Origin: Chiloscyllium plagiosum
Lineage: Eukaryota
Assembly (NCBI RefSeq): GCF_004010195.1
Contig: NC_057718.1
Location: 31,866,641-31,926,787 of the forward strand
DNA: 60,147 nucleotides
Direction: 5' to 3'
Positions 23,686 through 36,052 of this stretch are shown in pieces. The first letter of the stretch is position 1, and each line of letters begins with the position of its first letter. The notes beneath the pieces were generated by a model. It made no database searches, was not told the origin of the DNA, and was given only the letters and a program-made list of their open reading frames with translations. The translations under genes and the position numbers were made by a program.

Positions 23686-24640
23686 CTGCAAAATGCCTTC
23701 TTCACTATCCTGTCTACCTGTAACTCCGCTTTCAAGGAACTATGTACCTGCATCCCCAAGTCTCTTTGTCAGCAACCCTCTCCAGGGACCTACTATTAAC
23801 TGTATAAGTCCTGCCCTGAATTGCCTTACCAAGCTGCAACACCTAATTTATCTAAATCAAACTCCATCTCTCACTCCTCAGCCCATTGGCATATCTGACC
23901 AAAGCCCCATTATACTCGAAGATCTTCTTCACTGTTCGCTACACTACCTATTTTGGTGTAATCTGCAAGCTTACTCAATATTCCACCTATATTCACATCC
24001 AAATTATTTACATAAATGACAAACAGTGGATCCAGTACTGATTCTGGTGACACATCACTGATCACAGGCCTCCAGTCTTAAAAACAACCCTCCGACATCC
24101 TCTGTCTCCTAACTTCAAGTCAATTTTGTATCCAATTGGCTAGCTCCCCATAGATCCCATTCGATCTAACCTTACTAACTCGTCTACCATGTAGAATCCG
24201 GTCAAAGACTTTGCTGAAGTCCATATAGACAATGTCTACTGCTGTGCCTTCTTCGATCTTCTTTGTCACCTCTTCAAAAAAAACTCAATCTCCTGTGCAC
24301 AAAGCCATGCTGACTTGCCCTAATCAGTCCTTTCCTTTCCAAATACATGTAAATCCTGTCCCACAGAATCCCCTTTAACAACCTACCCAACACTGATGTC
24401 AGGCTCATTGGTCTACAGTTCCCTGGTATTTCCTGACAGCCTTTCTTAAATCATGGCACCACATTAGCCAACCTCCAGTCTTCCAGTACTTCCAGTATTT
24501 GTTGATGATACAAATACCTCGAGCTTCCCACAAAGTTCTGGAACCACCTGATTAGGTCCTGAGGATTAATCTCCCTTTTATATATTTTACGATTTCCAGC
24601 ATTTCCTCTTCAGTAATATGAACTTTTTTCAAGACATCAC

Positions 24641-24951
24641 TGGCTCAGTGCTTCAAAGCGCGGGGACCTGGTTTGATTCCAGCCTTAGGTGACTCTGTGT
24701 GGAGTTTCTACCAATGTCTGTGTGGGTTTCCTCTGGGTGCTCTGGTTTCCTTCCACAGTCCAAATATATTCATGTTAGGTGGTTTGGCCATGCTAAATTG
24801 CCCATAATGCCCAGTGAGGTGGTGGCTAGGTGGATTAACCATGTGAAATGGAAGGTGACAGGACAGAGTAGGGGGTGGGATGCTCTTTGGAGGGTTGGTA
24901 TGGATTCAATGGTCTGAATGATCTGCTTCTATGCTGTGGGGACTGTATGGT
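24641..24951 (+). mobile_element. HE1-family SINE, older and partly deleted
   Basis: Reads tggctcagtg...ggtttgattccagcctt.ggtgac...tgtgggtttcctctgggtgctctggtttcc...ggccatgctaaattgccc. Confidence 0.88.
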
Positions 24952-25113
24952 CACTACTTATTTCCCCAAGTTCCCTAGCTTTCATGTCCTTCTCCACTGT
25001 AAATATTGTTGCAAAATATTCATTTACTATCTCACCCATCTTCACACAGATGGCCACATTGATCTTTAAGGGGCACTATTCTCTCCCTAGTTGCTCTTTT
25101 ACCCTTCATATAT

Positions 25114-25422
25114 TTAGATTTTAGATTACTTTACAGTGTGGAAACAGGCCCTTCGGCCCAACAAGTCCACACCGACCCGCTGAAGAGCAACCCACCCATA
25201 CCCCTACATTTGCCCCTTACCTAACACTACGGGCAATTTTTAGCATGGCCAATTCACCTGACCTGCACATCTTTGGACTGTGGAAACCCACCCGGAGGAA
25301 ACCCACGCAGACACAGGGAGAACGTGCAAACTCCACACAGTCAGTCCCCTGAGGCGGGAACTGAACCCGGGTCTCTGGCGCTGTGAGGCAGCAGTGCTAA
25401 CCACTGTGCCACCGTGCCGCCC
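25114..25422 (-). mobile_element. HE1 SINE, full length, young
   Basis: Nearly identical to the 10345-10650 copy. Head GGGCGGCACGGTGGCACAGTGGTTAGC. Confidence 0.95.
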
Positions 25423-25799
25423 ATGGAGTCTCTTTTGATTCTCCTTAATTCTATTTGCCAAAGGAATCTAATTCCCCTTTTTGCCCTCCTGATTTCCTGA
25501 AGTATACTTCTACTGCTGTTCTTAAACTCTTTCAGGGATTCATTCGATCCCAGCTGTCTATGTGTGCCTCCTTCCATTTCTTGACCAAAGCCTCAATTTC
25601 TCTAGTCATCCAACATTCCCTACACCTACCAACTTTGCCCTTCACATTAACAGGAACACAATGTCTCCAGACTCTTGTTATCTGATTTTGAAGGCTTTCC
25701 GCTTCCCCAACCATTCCCTTACCTGCAAATAACCTCCTCCAATCAACGTTTGAAAGTTTCTGTCTAATACCATTAAATTGGTCTTCCTCCAATGTATTA

Positions 25800-25915
25800 A
25801 TTACATTTAAATACCATCAGTTGTCAGATGGAATTTCAACTAATGTCCACAGAGTATCTGCCTGAGCTTCTGGTTTATTAGCCCAGTTACATTACCACTA
25901 CATCATTAACTCCCC
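25800..25915 (-). mobile_element. Old SINE head (family of 3660)
   Basis: Minus strand reads gggagttaatgatgtagtggtaatgtaactgggctaataaaccagaag... Confidence 0.55.
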
Positions 25916-28639
25916 TAAACCTTTCTCCTGTAAGCAACAACCAGTGTGGCTCTGTTGGCATTCTCCAAATCACAGGGAGATGGTAGGAATGTTGAGTTTT
26001 GTAAATCATTATATTTTAAACTGTCTCATTACTTTCAAGAGAGAATGAAGTTGGGTATAATGTGATATCTAATTACCATTTCTTCATGGATGCAAAACTC
26101 TCAGATTCGCAATGCCAGAGAGATGGGGATTTGAGAGAGGAAGAGTTCATAGCAAGCCATTGTAGGATTGGGTTGTGGAGATTTTCTGAAGATTTGCACA
26201 CAGTTTAGCCTACAAGAATCTGCTGGAAAAAAGACAACACAGAGAGACAGAGGCACCTAGTCATATACCTTGAACAGAGAAAACCCTGGCCTGGCTAGTC
26301 ACTGCACAAAATGCTGATGGGAAGTTGCATGCAGGTTGAACAGACTGAGGTCATGAGGATTTAAACAAAGATTTGCCTAGAGTTGCTAGATATATAAGTG
26401 TCCAACTTAACTCTCATGAAAGTCAGTTCAAGGATTAGCGGATACCATCTGGATTAGAGAGAGAGAAATGGAGATAGAATGGTTAGACAGCCTGGGCAGA
26501 TTGTAACAATTTTGCAGGTAAAAACAATTTTGTGTTTCTGTGGAAAGGGAAAATGTAGCAAGCAATTGACATCTCAGAATAGCTTAGGGCTAGTTCCTAG
26601 GAAATGATGGGGAGCGTCTTTAAACTTCAAATCCCGTCAGAGACTGGAAAGTAAACTACATTTGTAAATGTTATCAGTCTCTATGAGGGCTCATAACAAT
26701 TATAAAATAGCGAAACTGGGTATCTTCCCCTAGCAAAGGGAACATAAAAGCAGCACTTTTGATCAAGGTCATCAAGAAGTGAATTAGAAGCATTCTAAAA
26801 AAGGTTCTGATCTTGCTGTAATATTTTATGGTGCAAGAGATCATAAGGAAGAGAATTTGGATAATCGCATAACTGGGAGGCTGAGGAAGGCAAAGTACAG
26901 AGAGTTTTAAGCAATATGTCACTTTGAAAAAGTGTCAATTATACGTAGCTTCCTCCTAAGAGCCAATAGGAAAAGTATGTGTCATCTCAAGTGTATGTTA
27001 AAAGTGGTCTTGGGACATCTCCCTTAACTTCTTTTATTAGAGCAGACTTTTACTCCTTGAAAAGAGTCAATACACCCTTGGGCTTTCTGTTGAAAATATG
27101 CTAAATGTTGTATTGGTTCATGTAATTTCTGTTGCTAATGGTTCAGTAAAGAGTGTGATGAAGAGTGAATGAACACCAATCATTCATGAAAAAATATATG
27201 GTTTTAAAAACAGAAGTTAAAATTGGTAAGAAAATGTGATTTTCTACAAACATCAATGGCAGAAATTAGAGATTAGATTGTTACTTCCCTTCATGTTTCG
27301 GAAATGGTCCAATTGAAGAAACATTGGCCCAAATATTCAGACGGGAATCTGAAACTCTATTCCAAACTTTTCAACCCCTTCTAAAACTACAGCAGCAGCT
27401 GAGGACATGTTGGTTCTGGGGAAGTGTGTGTGCGCACACAAGTGTGCATGTGTGGGTCAGGTCCAACCGGTGGTGTCATGTCCAAAGAGATGGATGCAGA
27501 TCCAAGTGGAGAAGCATGGTTCCTTGTCAGGCGTCCAAGACAGATAAGGGGTTAAGGCAGGTGTATTTGCCTTTGCCAAGTCAGGGGATCAGTTTAATAG
27601 TTACCCAGGAGTTAGAGTGGGCTTTTAATCCTTTAAGTTTCCTAGGTAGAGACAAGGCTTAACCAAGTCAGAACCCTCAGGAATTTCTGACTTTAAAGGA
27701 GCTTTTTCAGAGACTTCCAGATGCAAGAGAACTGTCCATCAAAAGTTTCAATTCCTCAATTAAGTCTCACAAAGTCTGCTGTGGCAGAGATTCCACATGG
27801 TCCTGACACATAACTCCAATGTGTACTGCACCAACAACTTCCTTACCATTGGAATATCTGGACTATTCTGTTCTTCCACATTTGTCCATTTCACACATCA
27901 AACAATTAACACTGCTACCATTAATCATATTAAATATTCGAAAGAACACAAGGATCTGAAAACACTCAATTAATCAATGATAAAATCAGTATGAACGATC
28001 GGCAGGTTTAAAGTGGGTTTTCACAACTGAACAGGTATTTTAATTTCTCATCACTCCCATACTTGCTCCACTCTACAAACCCAGCCTTAATTCTGGTTTT
28101 CCGTCAGTGATAATCAGGTGCTGCCTACTTGTTTTTCCAGTTTCAACATATACTACATGCACTAATCCCTCATATTCAAATGAGACTCAAGAAAGAGCTG
28201 AAGTAAAACATTAGCTCTTAAAGATGATCAGCCACAGCTGCAAGTGTGCATTTTGCTATTGCTATATTTGCTGGTATATATGTAGCTTCTCTCACTGCAC
28301 AACGGTGCACTAATTTACTGTTGCCAAAATTGGTTTTCATCTGCTCGTACTGAGATTATCATTTTCACTGCATGCAGTCATGAGAGCTTTACTCTCCACG
28401 ACTACCTCTCTTTCTCTGGAAAGATCTTCCTCGACAATCTATCAAGCTCTTTGTACCAACTGACCCATTGTTCTCTTTGCTTACACATGGTTGCCAGGAG
28501 TTATCAGCATTTGCGGTTACCCTTGGGAATTTCTCACTATCAGTGTACTCTTCTAGTTACTGCAAATCCAGGGACCAAGCTCCTTATTCACTTTCCCCAC
28601 TTCATCCTTCGATTTCATTATTCAGCACATTTTCTAACA

Positions 28640-29020
28640 ATGATCATCTCCAGAAAGTGAGAATCGAACAATCGTCCTTTACATTCAACACTGTTGACTC
28701 ACCCATAATCAATGTCCTGCATCTACCATTGATTTGCTGGACTGCACCAGCCATAGAAATACTGTGGCTAAAAAGCAGGACATAGACTAGGAATTCTGTA
28801 CCAACTAGCTCATCTCCTGATTACCCAAAATAGACTATCCATTACCAACAAGTGGACAAGTCAAGACTTTCTTGGAATATTCCCTACTTGCCTCACTCAG
28901 TGCAACTCCAATACTCAAGCTCAACAACATCCAAATCAAAGCAGCCCACTTGATTGGCTACCTACATACAATCTTCAATACCGACACCCAAAAGCAGCAG
29001 CGTGTACACTAGCTACAAAA
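28640..29020 (+). mobile_element. Old LINE C-terminal fragment (same family as 57680-58250)
   Basis: Shares gacattcaac...ccattga...ctggact.caccagcc...ggaatattccctacttgcctc...catccaa..caaagcagcccacttgattg with 57720-58050. Confidence 0.55.
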
Positions 29021-30743
29021 ACATTATTGACTTTGATGTCATAGTTATGGTACTAACAAATTCTGCCAAAATAAAAACAGAAAATTCTGCCACCATCTGT
29101 AGAAAGATGCAGCATTGACATGGCAGATCTATAACCTTTGATGATGCCAGACCTCCTCAGTATTTCCAGTGTCAATTATATTGTGCTTTTGATCAAGAAG
29201 AACTATTGCATAAGCTGCATGATGTGTTCTCCGTTTGGAATCTTGCTTCCAAGTTCACAACCTTTCAAAAGTTGACATTTACAAAGTATACAATTTTACC
29301 TCATTAAATATCCAAATTCAAAAGCAGCAGTAACATGTATTGCAACACCTGTGCAGCTGCTTGCTTCATGTAAAATATTATAAATGACAGAAAATAATCA
29401 ATTATTAGGACATATCAGCCACTTTTATTATGATGTCCACATTTAGTCAGCAACAAAATTCAAATCCTGGATTGAGAAGTGGAGAACACAAAGTTTATTT
29501 CTTACTATTAAAACAACCCAGATTTTAAAAAAAACTATTCAGCCTTGAAATGAAATGGTCCAGTGTGTTAACTTACATTCAGCATTAAAAGTTTTTTTTA
29601 AAAAGTGAAACAGTGAGCTTAATCCAGTATTTGAGCATAAAGGACAGTGGTTCAATTTGGTGAAGGAAAGATTTAAGGGTGATGTCTGAAAATATTTTTT
29701 CACCTTCACATGTGAAACAAATCTCTGGGAAAAGCACTGAGGAGTAGCAGTGAAAACAACTGAAGAGTCTATTAGACTGCATGATAGAGAGAATATAAAT
29801 TTGCCCATTTATGGAGGCAGAAGATAAAGCTTATGGTGAAGTGGTTTTCAGAATTTCAATTCACTACATTAAATGATTCTAATCAGCAATGTTGTGCTTC
29901 ATATTAAATCATATTTCATTTTGATTAAGGACTAGAGTCAATGCAAGTACAGAAATCAAGTGAAGTATGCAACAGAGGAGTTTCAAATTTATTCTATTCC
30001 TCACCAAAAATAAAAGTCATATTAAAATATATAAAGCAGTGAGTTTGAATAATAACAAATAAATTATAAGTGAGAAATAGTACAAACAACATATAACCCC
30101 TCCATGTTCCGTCCTCAGCCATGACAAAACCAGCTAATATTGCATGAACCAGATCCAATTGTTGGTATGTTTTCCCTTGTTGTTCATATAGAACCACAGT
30201 AACCATAACAGCACCGATTGCTGAGTGTTAGAAAACTAAGCCCCAAAGGTAGACAGACCACTTCAGGTTCAGTTAGTGAGCCAGACTGGCTGGTCAATCA
30301 TAAACAGTGCTTTGGTATTCTACAGATCTGTATGGTTTACATATCAGATCACCTAGTCTCCAAATGTCTTTCATCTAATGTCAACTTGGTGTTACTTTGA
30401 CCTTAGAGACTTGATTATGAAAACCTGGCAAACCAGTGGCCTGGATGAGGATGTCTACTCTGCATCGGAGCCAAAACTTTAAAGCAAAAATATAATATTT
30501 GTTCTTATACAGTGCTGTACAATGACAAAATAACTTGTTATTCAAAAAAACTACGATTGAAATGTACAGTTATATAGACAAGGTGGTGTCATTGGACTAT
30601 TACTAGCAATATAATATTGCAACCAAAGCAAAACCAAAAAAGGTATTAATATTCATAATTCCACACATGACATTGAACAAAATAGCTGATGCAGCTGCAT
30701 AATAGCATGATTTAAAAGTCAATAAACGAAAGCAGTACACATG

Positions 30744-31097
30744 GGGTGGCACGGTGGCTCAGTGGTTAGCACTACTGCCCCTCAGCACCAGGGATCTGGG
30801 TTCAACTGCACCCTTGGGTGACTGTGTGGAGTTTGCACATTCTCCCAATGTCTGTGTGGGTTTCCTCTGGGTGTTCCAGTTTCCTCCCACAGTCCAAAGA
30901 TGTGCAGGTTAGGTGGATTGGCCATGCTAAACTGCCCATAGTGTCCAGGGATATGCAGGCTAGGTGGATTAGCCACGGGAAATGTAGAGTAACTGCAATA
31001 GGATGGGGGAAGTGGGTCGAGGTGGGATGCCCTTTGGAAGGTCAGCGTGGTCTTGATGGGCCGAATGGCCTGCTTCCACACTACAGGGATCCTATGA
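30744..31097 (+). mobile_element. HE1-family SINE, full length, about 110 bp from SRBD1 exon 7
   Basis: Reads gggtggcacggtggctcagtggttagcact...gggtttcctctgggtg...ggccgaatggcctgcttccacactacagggatcctatga. Confidence 0.93.
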
Positions 31098-31209
31098 CAT
31101 CCCAATGTTCCGCTCATGAATGACTTTGATGTTTTGTTAATAATCATATCTTCATCTTACACATTTAACTTCAACTGGGTATAAAGAAAAGTTTTGAAAT
31201 AATACTTAC

Positions 31210-31306
31210 AATTTCCGGACATAGTTCAATGTTTCTGTATCTTTAGACATCATATCTGCTAATATGTGCTGAATTCCTGTCTCTATTTCTCCCACATTTG
31301 AAAGAC
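31210..31306 (-). CDS. SRBD1: SRBD1 coding exon 7 ([33 protein letters not shown])
   Basis: Splice sites aattcctag|GT CTT and AAA TT|gtaagt. 97 nt, phase 1 to 2. Motif G.QHILADM..KD. Confidence 0.96.
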
Positions 31307-32323
31307 CTAGGAATTTTCAAGCACACAATTAAAATTATTTGTTGCAATTTACCATTTTCTCTTCTCAGCACCACTCCTCTTCTCTTGATCCATTGACTCC
31401 TTTTGCTCTCCAACATCTTAACCTAGTATCAACCCTTTACACACAAGCCTAGATAGTAGGCGTGTGTTGGTTATTCAATCATGTATTTAATCACTTCCTG
31501 CATCCAAAGCCATCCATCAAACATCAACAGAAGGATGACTCCAAGTGCTGTCATTTGAAATACAGAAGCTAATTGTAACATCTCTGCTGTCACATCAGCT
31601 AACAATAAAATCGAGAAATTAACTTGGGACCTTTTGCTTCTGTCCTTATCAAATAGAGAACAATTAACATCTGGATATCGTAAAGTAACCATTAGTATGT
31701 GAAATAGTTTTTTTAATCAGAACCACTTTTCTATCAAGTTAGTAATGATAATGTGTGTGAAACAAAATAGCTACAATTTCTAAAAGAAAATTTTGCACAG
31801 ATTATTTGATTCCAACAAATCTTTCACGTCAAAAATGGCAACTTTCTCTTGAGTTACCATAAATAAGAGATTCTGCTGCAACAGCTATGTACTTACAAAA
31901 ACAATTGAGTAGCTCAAAGGGTCTCCTTAATGTTGTAAATTTAGTTCACAGAAAGGTACATGCCATCATGAGATCATTGGGAAGTGAGGTTTATTTTGGA
32001 ATGCTCACATAAAGGGCTTGTTCAGGCAGGATGGACCAAATGGCCTCCTCTTTGGTTGTAAATTGGTAAATATCAAGTTCCAAATAACAAATCACATTAC
32101 AGAAGAGCTCGTAGTCATGAATGAAAACAAAACAGCATAAAGCCATTGATACAAAAAAGATGCATAATTTAATGTCAAAATAATGTTAAAATAGTTACAG
32201 TCGAGCTCAAGATTAATGCACAAATCCAAAAGTTGTTGTCCTAGATATGTCACTCCAGCACAAGCTTCAAAAAATTATTTCTGCTTTTTTCACTGAAATA
32301 TACTGAATGGCATACAGGGCAGA

Positions 32324-33170
32324 CATAGAACATAAAACAATACAGCGCAGAACAGGCCCTTCGGCCCTCGATGTTTCGCCGAACTGTGAACAATTCTCAG
32401 CTTGTCCCCCTACACTATCCCAAAATCATCCATGTGCTTATCTAAGGATTGTTTAAATCTCCCTAATTTGGTTGAGTTAACTACCTTAGCAGGTAGGGCA
32501 TTTCTATGCCCTTACCACTCTCTGTGTAAAGAACTTGCCTCTGACATCTGTCTTAAATCTATCACCCCTCAATTTGTAGTTATGCCCCCTCGTACAAGCT
32601 GACGTCATCATCCTAGGAAAAAAAGTCTTTCTCTGCCTTTGTATAGTTGCAGCATGATATTGCAGTTCCGGAACTCAATCCCTCTATCAATGAAACCTAA
32701 CACACCGTATGCCTTCTTAACAGCATTATCCACCCGGGTGGCAACTTTCAGGGATTTATGCACATGGACTCAAAGATCCCTCTGCACATCAACACTACCG
32801 AGAATCTTTCCATTGACCAAGTACTCTGCCATCCTGTTATTCTTCCCAAAGTGCATCACCTCACTTTTAGCTGCATCAAACTCCATTTGCCACCTCTCAG
32901 CCCAATTCGGCAGTTTATCCAAGTCCCCCTGCAACCTTTAACATTCTTCCAAATTGTCCACTACTTCACTGACTTTAGTGTCGTCTGCAAATTTACTAAT
33001 CCATCCACCTATGCCTGCATCCAAGTCATTTATAAAAATGATAAACAGCAGTGGCCCCAAAACAGACCTTGTGGCACACCACTAGTAACTGGACTCCAGA
33101 CTGAATACTTTCCATTAACCACCACTCGCTGCCTTCTTCCAGAAAACCAGTTTCTAATCCAAACTGCTAA
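32324..33170 (-). mobile_element. CR1 LINE 3' fragment with an internal deletion near 32635
   Basis: Tail catagaacat...acagcgcagaacaggcccttcggccc. On the minus strand, KFADDTK (gtgtcgtctgcaaattt) and GVPQG (ccttgtggcacacc) are present. Confidence 0.9.
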
Positions 33171-34879
33171 ACTGACACAAACTAAACACAGCACAGAAAA
33201 TTAAACTTTGTCTATCTCAGTCTAAGTATCCGGTTAATTGTTTGGTTTTAATTATTGTCAATGAAAATTAACAGTTACAAACAAAGAGTCACATTTCTTC
33301 ACATTTTAAATTAAAACATTTTAAAGGAAATTTTAAAAGACGGTTAGCAGCTTGCATTTATGGCAATTTGTCCTGCAAAAGTTTTAAAACCTTAGAAGTA
33401 CAAGTTTAAACATTTATGCTGTTAGATGCCCTACCACAGTAAACAAGACCTCATGTAGAGTTGTTAATGAGGTGGACATTTTCCTTGTCACATTGATAGA
33501 CTGTAGATATTGGAATTCCAGAATTACATATATCTCTTTTAGAACAAAATGCCTGAACATATAACAGGATGCAAAAAAGATATATCTAGTTCCCATATAT
33601 TATATTCTGCCGAGAAAAAGCATATGGAGTTCATTTTATGTATACTCGAATGCATACAATCTTTAGATCAACCAGATTTTTGTTCCATGTAATAGAGGTA
33701 AGATATTATGCAATGCTCTGTGAACTCTGAAATACAAATCTATAGGGAGGAAAAAGTTTCAATCACCCATTTTATGGATTGAAAGACTAATAGGATATGA
33801 AATGCTGAAAAAAAAGTCCTATGTAGAATTGTTTTCATGCCAAGTTAAAACTTTCTACTTGGAACATTTTAGTTTATGGGCAAGAAAAAAAAGGAGACAC
33901 ATTGCTTATTTACAATTACGACACACATAATAGCAGTAACAGGCACAAAATAAAATTTTTGGCATGATGCTTAGAAAGACCAAGTGGAAATTTGGAAGGT
34001 TCAGTCACTTTCGTACTCTGACATAGCCTAGCTACTGTCTGGATCACAGGGATCACCAACGAAAGCTCCTGATCACCCATCATTGCTATCACCTTTGCCC
34101 CTGCCAAAACTCTGTGCTGTTGCCATCGATTTAAAATCCCTCTCAAGTTGATCAAGACTACACATAGCCTCACTACCCAATTCAAACAGTGAGCTTCCAA
34201 TTCTATGTCCTTTCTATAACAAAAAATTCCATATCATTCACCAACCCATTTCCCAGAATACACTAATCCCTTAACTTCATCTTTTATGCATTTCCCTTCC
34301 TCTCAAGTTCATCACTGGAAATTATCTAGACTCCACATTTTTTTCTTCCTTCCCGAAATTCCTCCCCTTTCCTTTTTTTTAAGGCCTGTCCTCCAAAGCC
34401 ATGGCTGATTTTTTTTAAAACTCTACCCTTTTATCAGGGTGTACCTCCATGATGGACTTTTAAAAAAAATGTTAAGGACACTCTTGCAAAGATAAATTAA
34501 AGCATGTTAAATGATGCAAACGTTGATCAGGTGAGAACGAGAACACTTTTTAGTGCCCAAAGTTGATAGGAATTGCGTTTTTTTTTTAAATAGAATGACA
34601 CTTTAAATAATTATCCAACTGCAGCCATTTCATCTCCTTGTAATAAATTAATATCAAAATACTTCACCCTAGCTTCTGCATTATAAACAAACAGTCCAAA
34701 TTTTAAAATACTCAAAAGTCAAGTGTTCAATTTCAATTATCAAATTGTTCTGTGTAACTCAAGCTTCTAATTTTTCAGGAAATGATGCTAACTCAATAAC
34801 ATACACTTACATACTGCCATTAACATACTGAAACTTTCCAAGATACTTCATAGGAAGTTTATATCCTACCCCAGGAAGT

Positions 34880-35700
34880 ATTAGAAAAGGTGGCCAAAAG
34901 CTTGGTCTAAAAGGTAGTTTTAAGGAGCTTCTTAAAAAGAGAGGTGTAGGAAGTGATTTCTAAAACAGTAGCAGTTGAAGACACTGCCAGGTGTTGTCAG
35001 TTAAAAATCAGACAACACCTGGTTATAATCCAACCAGGAAAGACAAGAATTGATGCAGCAACAAGAATTACAACACAACAACTTGTAGTTTATATGTAGC
35101 ACATTAACCTAATAAAACACGCAAGGACAATTCACAGAGGCTTTATAAAAACAAAATATGTTACCAAGTCACAAAAGGGCAGATGAGCAGTCAGTCAAAG
35201 TGGCAGGTTCTAATCAGTGTTTTAAGGGAGGAAACTTATATTCGGAGGTTCATAGAGTGAATTTCAAAGTTTAGGGCTTAGGTACCTGAAAATACAATAA
35301 CCATGGCATAGAATTAAAATCAAGGATGCTTAAGACTCCAGAATTACAATAGTGCATGAATCTCAAGGTGCTGGCGATTAGACAACATTATTGGGGTTGA
35401 GGTCAAAGATGAGACTTTTAAAATCTAGGTGTTGCTGCAATGTCACCAGCAGGTAAAGGGGTAAAATAGAAGACGACGACGACGGTTAGGGTATGGGAAG
35501 CAGAATTATGTATGAGCTCCAGTTTGCAGAAGGCGAAAGACTAGAAACTAGCCAGCACACAAACTGAGGCCTGGGTATAGGCAGGCAGGGTTACAGAGTT
35601 GGAAGCAGACTGTTTTGGTGATGGTGTGGACACAGGATCAGAAGCTCATTTGAAGGATCAAATATGATGCCAAGGTTGCAAACAGTTTGGGGCACGCACA
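34880..35700 (-). mobile_element. L2-clade LINE 3' fragments, very old
   Basis: Recognisable decayed L2 3' features: caacttgta.tttatat.tagc, ggccaaaagcttggtc.aaa.ggtag.ttttaaggagc, gaatttcaaagtttaggg and aaatatgatgccaaggttgcaaacag. Confidence 0.55.
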
Positions 35701-35814
35701 AGCAAGTAGCTAAGTAGAATTATGGAGTTTGCAACCAAAGTGAAATGTCAAACACATGTGAAAAGGCATAGAACAGTTTGTTTTTTTAAACTTGGCTCTT
35801 CAAATTTAAATCTC

Positions 35815-36052
35815 TTTGCTACCTTCCCCCACCATCTTCACTGATCTATCACCTCCATCCCCACCCCCATTCACCTATTGTACTCTTTACTACCTTCTCC
35901 CCAGCCCCCACACCCCCCAATTTATCTCTCCACCCTGGAGGCTTCCTGCCTCTATTCCTGATGAAGGGCTTTTGCCTGAAACATCGATTTTCCTGCTCCT
36001 CAGATGCTGCCTGATCTGCTATGCTTTTCCAGCACCACTCTGATCTAAACTC
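35815..36052 (+). mobile_element. PLE 3' terminal repeat (solo), same family as 1025-1240
   Basis: Reverse complement of 1060-1240. Contains attc-CTGATGA-a-gggc-tttt-gcct-GAAAC-ATC at 35954-35985, with the cleavage triplet GTC changed to ATC. Confidence 0.9.

Larger units (their letters stand above)
23686..25793 (-). mobile_element. CR1 LINE ORF2 (host element, upstream part), interrupted by two HE1 SINEs
   Basis: Resumes as caaaatgccttcttcactatcc, contiguous with 19536 when compared with 50021-50070. Minus-strand peptides include FNGIRQKLS..DW..LFAGK and ANRIKEN. Confidence 0.9.

Noticed and set aside
27982..28058. C/D-box snoRNA-like spacing on the minus strand (GTGATGA...CTGA, about 70 nt)
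   Set aside because: The terminal stem is mostly G-U, there are no clear C'/D' boxes and no recognisable guide. Such box pairs are expected by chance in 60 kb.
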